Shown: positions 9,450-18,509 of the stretch, one piece after another
How the letters are laid out: every line of letters begins with the position of its first letter
How positions within the stretch are numbered: the stretch's first letter is position 1
Source of the DNA: Candidatus Kapaibacterium sp.
GTDB lineage: Bacteria; Bacteroidota; Ignavibacteria; Kapaibacteriales; UBA2268
Length of the DNA: 64,000 nt
Direction: 5' to 3'
NCBI GenBank assembly: GCA_963665665.1
Contig: OY762428.1
Location: forward strand, 3,072,001 to 3,136,000
The notes under the pieces: model-generated
What the model saw: the letters and a program-made list of their open reading frames with translations, nothing else
Databases searched by the model: none
Told to the model about the DNA's origin: nothing
Made by a program: the position numbers and the translations under genes

Positions 9450-12365
9450 TTATAAACCAAGATTAAATGTGAAGTTCCAAACCCTCGGATTCTGGAGAGT
9501 AAGGAAGTCAACGCTTCTGGCAACTGCTGTTCTGGAACCAAACATGTTAACCTCGGGGTCAACGCCGCTGTATGTTGACCAAAGAGCAAGGTTCCTGACA
9601 GATGCAACGAATGTAAAGGATTTAACATAATTATCACCAAATAGCATTTCCAGCCAGTCAGTGGCGTTAACCCTTAAACTTATCTCGCGAAGCCTCAGCC
9701 AATTACCTTCTTCAATGAAGTTTGCATCATAGTTCGGATTTAGTTTTGCATAGGCGTTTGCTGTTTCAATATACTCGGGAGTATTGGGTTTAAGAGCTTC
9801 AATTCCTTCGTCAGGATTACCAAAGAGTTGATTCTGAAGATCAGTATATTCAATATCATTACCGAATGAAACCTGGAATGCTCTTGTATTATTATATATT
9901 GAATGGCCTGTGGCAAATTCAAACATTACGTAAAGTGTGAAATGCTCAAGGAAACGGAAGTTTGTAGAGAATGATCCGTTGAATGTTGGTACGGGAGTAC
10001 CAAGGAATTCAAGTTCGTCGGAAGCATCAGGCCCGGCATACGCACCGGTCTCTTCGTCGAATAATGCGCCGTAAACTTTTCTTTCGAAGAAAGCTGAACG
10101 GCTGTAGCCCTCGTACCAGCCCTGGTTACCAAAGCCGCCAACAACAGGCTGCGATCCGCCAAGGTCAACAACTTCGTTATCCTGCTGGTTAAGGATAATA
10201 TTGAATCCCAGCTCATATTCTTTGGTCATTATCGGGGTTGCATAAAGAATTGTTTCGAAGCCCCATGATTTAATTTCACCAACATTTTTTGGTACTGTTG
10301 ATGCTGTTAGGCCAGAGGATGGAGCATTAGGGAAGGGGATGATAGATTCCTTTGCAAACTGCATGTAATAAGTGAAGTCAATACCGTAGGCATCCATGTA
10401 TTCTGCCTCGATACCGAACTCAATTTCGTTTATTCTTTCAGGAACAATCTCGGGATTACCGATTGAGTTAAGAACGCCGCCAACTCCGAATCCGGATTGC
10501 GAGCCTGCCCAGCGAAGCGGATAAGCAGCAAGAGCGCCCGGAAGCTGGCCTGACTGTCCCCAGCCGCCACGAAGTTTCAGGAAGTTAAGATCTTCCGGTA
10601 GAACTCCAAGTTTGTCAATTCTTACAGCACCACTTATTTTCGGATAGAAAATACTCGGGGCTTCATCACCGATAACTGAAGAATAATCATTACGTACAGC
10701 TAAGTTCAGGAAATATGTTTCGCTGAAGTTGATATCTTCCTGGAAGTAGATACCAGCTTCACGATAATCGGATCTGCCGTCGTCTGCATAATTAAAGTCT
10801 GCTGCAGCTTCCATGTTCCTGATCCTTGGTGTGGTATATCCCTGCATGATAAAATCAGCAAATGATGTTGTGTTTGTAAACATTTGTGCACCAAGAATAC
10901 TTGTTGCAAAAATTTCATCAGTCAGCTGATAATTATAGGAAACATTCAAATCGTAATTAAGCTGTTCCCTTGTGCGGGAGAATAATTCTTTTTCACCGTT
11001 ATCACTCGGCCCGGTATAGAAATATTCCGGCGAGAGGAAAGATGTATTTACGTAATCAAGTCCGTCAAAACCAATCAGTCCTCTGAATTGAAGGCCTTCC
11101 ATCCAATCCGGCATATAGTTGATCTCTGCCGAACCGATAAAGCGGTTTGTGGCAATTGTATTGTCGATATTGGCAATAGCCAGACTGTCAGTAAACAGAT
11201 AAGATGTCGGGAAAAGCAAAACATTGCCCAGCCAGCCCGTAACGTTATTATCGTTAATAGGCCTGCTGTTGCTTGTAGTGATATAGTTTCCTGAAAGTTT
11301 TATCTTAACCTGTTTATTCGGGAAAACCTGGAAATTACCGCGAACAGACTGGCGGTCGAATGAGTTCTGCCCAACGATACCGTCTTCAGTTCTGTCAGTA
11401 TATGATCCGTAGTAGCTGAACATACCGGATTTACCCTGGAAGCTGAGAGTCTGTTCTGAAAGAGGGCCATCCCTGAAGATATTATTCGCATCCGCAGCGG
11501 AATAGAAATCTGCTTCATCATATTCAACGGACTGCTCGTTCCAGCCCATTACGTTTTTATAATTAACACTAAAGAAATCCTGTGTGGCTTTACCACTTTT
11601 AGTAGTGATCAGGATAACACCGTTAGAACCGGATGTTCCGTAAAGAGCAGCGCCGGCAGGGCCTTTTAGTACTTCAATGGAAGCAATGTCTTCCGGGTTG
11701 ATATCTGCAAGTGTAGTACCGGCCTGGCCGCCAATATCAATACCGATTTCATCGTTATTGATCCTTGCCCCGTCAACAAATATTACAGGCTGGCCGTCGC
11801 CGTTAAGCCCGCCGCCACCACGAACCTGGAAGCGTATACCACCACCAACATTACCGGAGGAAGTCTGCACCTGAACACCGGAAACTTTACCGGCAAGCAC
11901 CTGGCTGACATCCTGGTAAACAGCTCTTTCCTGAAGTTCGGAAGCATCAATTCGTGCAACCGAAACATCTGAAACAGCTTTTTCGTTACGCGATGCCACA
12001 CCGGTAACAACTACCTCGTTGAGGCCGATAACGTCAGGAATAAGCTCGATATTGGAAACAATGTCCTCGCCTTCTTTTACCACGATGTCTTTTGTATAAT
12101 TCTTATACCCGACAAAGTGCGAAATAAGGACATACTTGCCCGGAGTTATATTGCGAATTTTAAAAGCACCTTCTTTGTTCGCAATAGCACCCAGTTTAGC
12201 TTTTTTTGCGCCGACTTCTCTGAGCTCAATTCTGGCTCCGGGAAGTTTTTCTTCTGTCTTCTGATCAAGGACAGTACCTGATATGCTCCCTTTTTGTGCA
12301 GGCAATGCTTTTGCACTTAAAAGGAAAACACATAAAATTAGAAACAGATAGGGAAATCGTTTCAT
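9450..12365 (-). CDS. SusC/RagA family TonB-dependent receptor
   Basis: Signal peptide, carboxypeptidase-regulatory-like N domain, plug signature DINPEDIASIEVLKGPAGAALYGTSGSNGVILITTK, barrel end YSGVDPE...FNLGL. Confidence 0.95.
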   Translation of the reverse strand: MKRFPYLFLILCVFLLSAKALPAQKGSISGTVLDQKTEEKLPGARIELREVGAKKAKLGAIANKEGAFKIRNITPGKYVLISHFVGYKNYTKDIVVKEGEDIVSNIELIPDVIGLNEVVVTGVASRNEKAVSDVSVARIDASELQERAVYQDVSQVLAGKVSGVQVQTSSGNVGGGIRFQVRGGGGLNGDGQPVIFVDGARINNDEIGIDIGGQAGTTLADINPEDIASIEVLKGPAGAALYGTSGSNGVILITTKSGKATQDFFSVNYKNVMGWNEQSVEYDEADFYSAADANNIFRDGPLSEQTLSFQGKSGMFSYYGSYTDRTEDGIVGQNSFDRQSVRGNFQVFPNKQVKIKLSGNYITTSNSRPINDNNVTGWLGNVLLFPTSYLFTDSLAIANIDNTIATNRFIGSAEINYMPDWMEGLQFRGLIGFDGLDYVNTSFLSPEYFYTGPSDNGEKELFSRTREQLNYDLNVSYNYQLTDEIFATSILGAQMFTNTTSFADFIMQGYTTPRIRNMEAAADFNYADDGRSDYREAGIYFQEDINFSETYFLNLAVRNDYSSVIGDEAPSIFYPKISGAVRIDKLGVLPEDLNFLKLRGGWGQSGQLPGALAAYPLRWAGSQSGFGVGGVLNSIGNPEIVPERINEIEFGIEAEYMDAYGIDFTYYMQFAKESIIPFPNAPSSGLTASTVPKNVGEIKSWGFETILYATPIMTKEYELGFNIILNQQDNEVVDLGGSQPVVGGFGNQGWYEGYSRSAFFERKVYGALFDEETGAYAGPDASDELEFLGTPVPTFNGSFSTNFRFLEHFTLYVMFEFATGHSIYNNTRAFQVSFGNDIEYTDLQNQLFGNPDEGIEALKPNTPEYIETANAYAKLNPNYDANFIEEGNWLRLREISLRVNATDWLEMLFGDNYVKSFTFVASVRNLALWSTYSGVDPEVNMFGSRTAVARSVDFLTLQNPRVWNFTFNLGL

Positions 12366-12931
12366 AAGAACTCCTTCTCGTTTGGTTTAACGATTAATAA
12401 TATCGTAACAGAAAATAACTTTTATTATCTGTTCATATCAAAACCAATGGGATCATGAAAAACAGTAAAAATTGGCACCTTTTACAATGCTTCACCAGAT
12501 CCCGCTAAAATTCAATTTTTTGTCTAATTCCCAGCTATTGATTTCTAACTGCTATAAGGATTATATTCCCCGCTTATTCAATTCATCCTAATTCTCAGGA
12601 AAAATATAAGCAAAAAAATAGTATTTATCAAATAAAAATTAGCTGATAATTAACAAAATCTGCATAAATATTTTTGTTTGCTCTCAACTAACAGGATAAC
12701 AGCTGTTATAAAAAAGACTAATTGCAAAATTGTCGATTCCCCGCCCCGTTCACTATAAATCAAGGCAAGCCGCAGGAAGTTATCCGGAGCCTGCTCCGGA
12801 GTCCGCATCCAAAGTTTAATTTGGGTTTATGCCGCTGATTTGTTTATGGCAATATTAATTGAAGTTTAACAATCTTTATTTCCTTTATCAGTATATCATT
12901 CCGTTATGAAATTCTTTTAAATAGTTGTATT

Positions 12932-13717
12932 TTGCATTTGGTTGTAATTATGCGGAAGGATGAAATGAATTTTAACCCTATATTATTTGAAATGCTGGCT
13001 AATGCCGACCGGGTTGCAATGCTCACCGGCGCTGGTGTATCAGCGGAAAGCGGTATTGCTACTTTTCGGGATCCGGATGGCCTGTGGAGCAGGTTCAGCC
13101 CCCGGGAACTGGCAAGTGTCGACGGGTTTATGACTAATTCAAAAAGAGTCTGGGAATGGTATCAATACAGAAGGAAAATGATTGATGAGGCAAAATATAA
13201 CGAAGGGCATAAAGCAATCGCAATGATGGAGGAAATATTTCCTTCGTTTACACTTATTACACAGAATGTGGACAGGCTGCATCAGCAGGCCGGATCTAAG
13301 GATGTGATCGAACTTCACGGAAATATTATTGAAAACAAATGCCTTGACTGCTCGCTTCCATTCGAAGGAGAAACAGAACTTCCGGACGGCCGGGTTCCGG
13401 TATGCCCTGCATGCGGGGGGAAGATTCGCCCTAATGTTGTATGGTTTGGCGAAATGCTTCCGGAAGACGCATTGAAAAGGGCAGATATAATATCCCGTGA
13501 ATGTGATGTCTTCTTTAGTGTGGGAACATCAGCAGAAGTGTATCCTGCTGCAAATATACCCCTGCAGGCAAAAATGACAGGCGCTTACCTTATAGAAGTT
13601 AACCCTAACCCTACAGCTATAAGTTCTTATGCCAATACATGTATCAGGGCAACTTCAGCTGAAGCGCTGCCTGAACTTATCAGGCAGTATAAGGAATTCT
13701 TAAAAGAAAGAAATTAA
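12932..13717 (+). CDS. cobB: NAD-dependent protein deacylase (sirtuin, CobB/class III); true start probably near 12965
   Basis: TGAGVSAESGIATFR, ITQNVDRLH, ELHG, CLDC/CPAC zinc site, RPNVVWFGE, VGTSAEVYPAA; YxxR desuccinylase-type motif (WYQYRR). Confidence 0.92.
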   Translation: MHLVVIMRKDEMNFNPILFEMLANADRVAMLTGAGVSAESGIATFRDPDGLWSRFSPRELASVDGFMTNSKRVWEWYQYRRKMIDEAKYNEGHKAIAMMEEIFPSFTLITQNVDRLHQQAGSKDVIELHGNIIENKCLDCSLPFEGETELPDGRVPVCPACGGKIRPNVVWFGEMLPEDALKRADIISRECDVFFSVGTSAEVYPAANIPLQAKMTGAYLIEVNPNPTAISSYANTCIRATSAEALPELIRQYKEFLKERN

Positions 13718-13782
13718 AAGAAATTGGAAACTACTCAGCATAAAGGAAGAATATGTTAGATATGTTTAATAATACCAGAAAA

Positions 13783-13874
13783 TGTCACTCTGAACGAAGT
13801 GAAGAGTCTATTCTTCATAATTTTATCCTAAAAACAAGTGGATTCTTCAGTCGCTTCGCGCCTTCAGAATGACA
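13783..13874. repeat. REP/MITE-like imperfect inverted repeat (TGTCA...TGACA family)
   Basis: TGTCACTCTGAACGAAGTGAAGAGTCT...GGATTCTTCAGTCGCTTCGCGCCTTCAGAATGACA; same family at 17945-18035, 18264-18298 and 60935-60968. Confidence 0.75.
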
Positions 13875-13983
13875 TTTTTGCAATTATTCTTTTCAAAAAC
13901 AGAATAGTATTATATTTGCTGAATAGTAACAAAAATACCGGTAAAAGAAAAAATCACAAATAATATTATCTAAGAACATTGAT

Positions 13984-14373
13984 TTGGAGACAGGAATGAT
14001 AACAGGGATTGGAACAGATATAGTTGATATCAACAGGATTGCGAAACTGATTGATAAATATGACAAGAAAATTCTTGACAGGCTTTTTACTGAAACGGAA
14101 CAGGAATACAGCGAATCATTTAATTACGGTAAGTATCAGCATTATGCAGCTCGCTTTGCTGCTAAAGAATCTTTCAGCAAAGCTATAGGCACGGGAATGA
14201 CCGAGAATTTCAAGTTTCGTGAAATCGGTATTGTCAACGAGGAAAACGGCAGGCCGCGAGTGGTGCTTGATGGTGCACTTAAGGAAAAATACGGCGGGTT
14301 CAGGGTGCATGTATCGCTATCGCATACCGATTCAACTGCTTCAGCGTATATTATTATGGAAAAGGAAGACTGA
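13984..14373 (+). CDS. acpS: Holo-[acyl-carrier-protein] synthase (start probably 13996)
   Basis: GIGTDIV, AARFAAKESFSKAIGTG, VSLSHT. Confidence 0.95.
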   Translation: METGMITGIGTDIVDINRIAKLIDKYDKKILDRLFTETEQEYSESFNYGKYQHYAARFAAKESFSKAIGTGMTENFKFREIGIVNEENGRPRVVLDGALKEKYGGFRVHVSLSHTDSTASAYIIMEKED

Positions 14374-14375
14374 TA

Positions 14376-15503
14376 ATGGGCAGGATTAACCGTATAGTTA
14401 TTGTTACGCAGGACTATTTCCCCACAACGGGAGGAATTACAACATGGTGTGATGAACTGGCGGTTAATCTGAGAAAGCTTGGACCTGAATTAACCATTAT
14501 CACAAAATCTTTCGACGGTTACGACGGCAGGGAACGAACTGACATCCCGGTTATCAGGCTTAACCATAAACGGTGGAAGAACAATAAATACAAGCTGATC
14601 CTTGGGGCAGCACGCCCCTATTCAGCACCGGACACTGCTTTCCTTTGTGCGAACTGGAAAATGGCCGTACCGTTCAAAACAATGTCATTATTCGGCAGAC
14701 AAAATGTTTTTACGGCAGTACACGGTATGGATGCCCTTGAAGGCAGGTTCATAAACAGGATTATACAAAAGCAGGCTTTGAAAAATTCAAGGGCTGTTAT
14801 TGCAGTGTCCTCGTATACAAAAAAACTGCTTACCGAGATGAATACCGTTCCGGAATTTATGATAAAAGTGATAAATAACGGTGTTGATACAAAGAAATTC
14901 TTCCATACCGGCACGAATGATAAGATTGTAAAAAAATACGGCCTGCATGACGGGCCGCGCCTGCTTTCGCTTGGCAGGCTGGTAAAAAGAAAAGGCTTCG
15001 ATATGACTATCCGGGCAATGAAACATACAAAAAGCCATGGGTTGAAATACTATATTGCCGGAACCGGTAAATTTGAAAAAGACCTGAAAAAGCTGGTAAA
15101 AAAGGAAGGCCTTGAAAGCAAGGTTATCTTCCTTGGTTTTATACCGGATCAGGATATTAACGGGCTATATAATTCTGTTGATCTTCTTTCCATGCCTTCG
15201 CGCAGATTACCGCTGGACGTGGAAGGATTCGGGATAACTTATCTTGAGGCTGCTGCTTGCGGCATTCCTTCTGTTGCAGGCAAAGATTCAGGTGCTGTTG
15301 ATGCTGTTCTTGACGGCGAGACAGGCCTGCTTGTGAACCCTGAATCCCCTGAGGAAATTGCTGCCGCCATAGACAGGTTATTTTCAGACGCTGAAAGCAG
15401 AAGGGCAATGGGAGAAAAAGCAATGGTCAGGGTACAGTCAGAATTTACATGGGAAATGATATCTTCACAGGTTTACAATCTGATGGAAGAATTCTCAGGA
15501 TAA
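14376..15503 (+). CDS. Glycosyltransferase family 4 (GT-B)
   Basis: GRLVKRKG, EGFGITYLEAAACGIP, NNGVD. Confidence 0.92.
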   Translation: MGRINRIVIVTQDYFPTTGGITTWCDELAVNLRKLGPELTIITKSFDGYDGRERTDIPVIRLNHKRWKNNKYKLILGAARPYSAPDTAFLCANWKMAVPFKTMSLFGRQNVFTAVHGMDALEGRFINRIIQKQALKNSRAVIAVSSYTKKLLTEMNTVPEFMIKVINNGVDTKKFFHTGTNDKIVKKYGLHDGPRLLSLGRLVKRKGFDMTIRAMKHTKSHGLKYYIAGTGKFEKDLKKLVKKEGLESKVIFLGFIPDQDINGLYNSVDLLSMPSRRLPLDVEGFGITYLEAAACGIPSVAGKDSGAVDAVLDGETGLLVNPESPEEIAAAIDRLFSDAESRRAMGEKAMVRVQSEFTWEMISSQVYNLMEEFSG

Positions 15504-15521
15504 TGATCTTCGATTTCATAA

Positions 15522-15552
15522 TTTATCCGATGGACAGAATCCATCGGATAAA
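15522..15552. repeat. Palindromic element (ATCCGAT-core family), possibly also a terminator
   Basis: TTTATCCGATGGA-CAGAA-TCCATCGGATAAA; relatives at 56996-57026 and 58724-58756. Confidence 0.55.
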
Positions 15553-15630
15553 AAAATGCGATAACAGATGAGTAATCCCAATTCTTTTTTAATAATACTT
15601 TATTTCAGAGCTTCTAATTCCTGAACGAAA

Positions 15631-15985
15631 AATCAAAGCAAGAAAACCACCCCTGTATTCCCCTCCTACTTTAGGAGGGGATAAGAAGTTAAATAACATA
15701 GAATTAACTCCCCCTCCTTCCGAAGGAGGGAGCCGGGGTGATGTAGGAAGTGTCGAAAGCAATGTACAAATGGTTGACGCTATTGCAGCAATGTTTTGCT
15801 TTATTGCTGTCTTGTTTGAAGATAATGACGCCTTGTTCCAAATCAAAGCAATAAAACCACCCCTGTATTCCCCTCCTACTTTAGGAGGGGATAAGAAGTT
15901 AAATAACATAGAATTAACTCCCCCTCCTTTCGAAGGGAGGGAGCCGGGGGGATGTAGGAAGTGTCGAAAGCAATGCACAGATGTT
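15631..15985. repeat. Near-identical ~140-bp direct repeat (copies at 15631 and 15841), each with two CCCC/GGGG REP-like hairpins
   Basis: AATCAAAGCA..AACCACCCCTGTATTCCCCTCCTACTTTAGGAGGGGATAAGAAG...GTGTCGAAAGCAATG present twice, 210 bp apart. Confidence 0.9.
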
Positions 15986-16728
15986 TTATTCAATTGCTGC
16001 CTTGTTCGAAGCTATTGAACCGATGTTCTAAGCCATTGCTGCCTTGGTCTAAGTTATTGCTGCCTTGGTCTAAGTTATTGCACTTATGTTCTAAGCCATT
16101 GTTGCCTTGGTCGAAGTTATTGACCCCTTGGTCGAAGTCATTGATGCCTTGGTCGGAGTCATTGATGCCTTGTTCCAAATCGATGCACCGATGTTCTAAG
16201 TCATTGCTGCCTTGTTTTACTTCAAAGCCCTCTCCTTCGGGGAGGGTTTGGGAGGGGTCGAAGTTATTACACCGATGTTTTATTCAATTGCTGCCTTGTT
16301 CGAAGCTATTGCACCGATGTTTTATTCAATTGCTGTCTTGGTTGGAAGCAAAGTACCAATGTTTGATTCTATTGTTCCCTTGGTCGGAGGCAAAATACCG
16401 AAGGTTTATTCTATTGTTGCCTTGTTAGGAGTTATTGCACCGATGTTCTATTCTATTGCTGCCTTGGTCTAAGTTATTGCTGCCTTGGTCTAAGTTATTG
16501 CACTTATGTTCTAAGCCATTGTTGCCTTGGTCGAAGTTATTTTACCGATTTTCTAAGCCATTGCTGCCTTGTTTTACTTCAAAGCCCTCTCCTTCGGGGA
16601 GGGTTTGGGAGGGGTCGAAGTTATTACACCGATGTTTTATTCAATTGCTGCCTTGTTCGAAGCTATTGCACCGATGTTTTATTCAATTGCTGTCTTGTTT
16701 CGAGGTAATGATTGCTTGTGTAGCGTTG
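15973..16728 (-). repeat. Degenerate 21-bp tandem array (about 32 units plus two 42-bp hairpin inserts)
   Basis: Units such as TTGCTGCCTTGGTCTAAGTTA start at 15994, 16015, 16036 ... 16687 in constant 21-bp phase; minus-strand consensus about AGCAATAACTTAGACCAAGGC. Confidence 0.9.
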
Positions 16729-16739
16729 AAATCCGAAAT

Positions 16740-17235
16740 ATTTAACGGATTGTATTATTTACAATACCTGAATAATAAAATATATCATAAGAATTAGTAA
16801 ATATTTAAGTATTTGTAGTAAATATATTTATAGAATAATTAAATAATCATATAGATTTATAATATTAATAATATAACTAATCAAATAAATAATTTATACA
16901 AGACATTAATCACTACATTTTATTATTTATTATTCTCTTATTATAAAATTAATTATGTATCCAAGTATATATTTAATTGTCCTAACAAATTAGATATACT
17001 GATTAATTAATAGGTTGAAATTAATATTTAATAATTCATAAAAAAAAATTAATAAATTATACTGATAATTTAATTATATGTATAAAATATTTAGTTATTA
17101 ATATTAAAAGTTTTGTTAGATGAACTATATCAAGGCTTGGATATTATATATAAATTATTATAAATACTATATATTTGTTAGAATTAGTATAATATTTAAT
17201 ATTTATGATTGAATATTTAATTATAAGTTCTATCT
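16740..17235. other. Extremely AT-rich non-coding spacer between the two 21-bp arrays
   Basis: Almost only A/T for about 500 bp with no credible ORF; far more AT-rich than the flanking genes. Confidence 0.85.
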
Positions 17236-17268
17236 ATAGACTATTCTCATCTCTACCTTCAGGATTTC

Positions 17269-17811
17269 AATGCCAAACAAGTGAGCAATGAAGCTGAACA
17301 AGTGAGCAATGAAGCTGAACAAGTGAGCAATGAAGCTGAACAAGTGAGCAATGAAGCTGAACAAGTGAGCAATGAAGCAGGACAAGTGAGCAATGAAGCT
17401 GAACAAGTGAGCAATGAAGCAGGACAATCGTACAATTAGGCTGAACAAGCATGCAATGAGGCGGAACAAGCAAGCAATAAGGCAGAACAAGCAAGCAATG
17501 AAGCAGAACAAGCAAGCAATGAAGCGGAACAAGCAAGCAATGAGGCGAAACAAGCGTACAATGAAGCGGAACAAGCAAGCAATGAAGCGAAACAAGCATA
17601 CATTGAGGTGGAACAAGGCATCAGTGAGGCAAAACAAGCATACATTGAGGCAGAACAAGACATCAATGAAGCCGAACAAGCGTACAATGAAGCGGAACAA
17701 GCGTACAATGAAGCGGAACAAGCGAGCAATGAAGCGGAACAAGCAAGCAATAAGGCAGGACAAGGCAGTATTAAGCCCTGCAAACAAAGCGATTAGCCCC
17801 AACATCAGGGT
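17269..17811 (+). repeat. 21-bp tandem array (about 25 units), consensus AATGAAGCNGAACAAGYRAGC
   Basis: AATGAAGCTGAACAAGTGAGC identical at 17287, 17308, 17329, 17350, then progressively more divergent units to about 17811. Confidence 0.95.
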
Positions 17812-17944
17812 TTTGATTAAAAACAGCATTGAAACAAGGAAATTATCCGGTTCATTGAAACCACAGGATAGGGAATTAAGGCCGGCGGCCTGTTCATTGG
17901 GGTGGAAGAACGGGGGGTAAGAGCCGGAGAAGGAGGTGTTATGT

Positions 17945-18298
17945 TGTCATTCTGACGGAGCGAAGCGACTGAAGAATCCATCTTCCTTTGCAGATAATGT
18001 ATGAAGAATGGATACTTCGCTTCGCTCAGTATGACCTTCTAGCCTTATAATTGTCAAATTCAATAGCCACGTGCTTTAGCTCGTGGATAATAGCACCTTG
18101 AGACTAAGAAAAAGAATCCACCCCGTCTCGCTGCGCTCGCCACCCCTCAACGAGGGGAATTTTAAGAATCCACCCCGTCCTTCCCCGACACGTCGACGCC
18201 AGCGGGGGAAAGGTGGCTTCTTCCAATTTTTAATTTTTAATTTTTAATTGTCCATTGTCAATTAAGAATGGATTCTTCGCTGGCGCTCTGAATGACAT
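17945..18298. repeat. Cluster of REP-like palindromes of several families
   Basis: TGTCATTCTG...CAGTATGAC (17945-18035), AGCCACG..CGTGG (about 18065-18086), CCACCCCGTC...CCCCTC..GAGGGG (18118-18160), GGATTCTTCGC...GAATGACA (to 18298). Confidence 0.75.
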
Positions 18299-18509
18299 CC
18301 GGCTTTGTCATCGTCAAATTCAATTTCAAATGAACCGGTTTCCCCGGAAGAAATACACCCGTTTGCATAATAATGGATCAGTTCTTTGAAAATTTGAGAT
18401 AAAGCATATTTTTTGAATGGAATCTGCAGATACAAATATGTCTCTTTATTCGCTTTGTTTTCGAATAAAGAGACATTTTCCGAGGAATTTATTTTGCATT
18501 CAGAAGTTA

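Noticed and set aside
12740-12810. Riboswitch upstream of susC (GC-rich patch with TCCGGAGC/GCTCCGGA hairpin)
   Set aside because: No cobalamin, TPP or SAM consensus recognised; an Rfam search would be needed
12932-13717. Anti-phage Sir2 (Thoeris/DSR-type) defence NADase
   Set aside because: It has the zinc-binding CobB deacylase architecture and housekeeping neighbours
15990-16690. TGA recoding (Sec/Trp/Gly) that would make the left array one long coiled-coil ORF
   Set aside because: TGA acts as a normal stop for several genes in the window (e.g. lpxH, acpS), and no SECIS-like or start context supports it
15589-16797. ORFs 15589-15993, 15770-16018, 15961-16428, 15990-16178, 16212-16472 and 16435-16797
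   Set aside because: They translate REP hairpins and 21-bp repeats, overlap in several frames and are broken by recurrent stops
16740-17235. Chromosomal oriC
   Set aside because: No canonical TTATCCACA DnaA boxes seen and no dnaA, dnaN or gidA-type neighbours; kept only as a hypothesis for a non-canonical cis element
17269-17811. CRISPR array
   Set aside because: Repeats are head-to-tail 21-mers with no unique spacers, and there are no cas genes in the window
17230-17920. ORFs on several frames over the right array (e.g. 17230-17829 minus, 17414-17920 plus, 17608-17796 plus)
   Set aside because: Open frames are a by-product of the 21-bp period; compositions are implausible, and the most natural frame (NEAEQAS) has a TAG at 17437 and no good start
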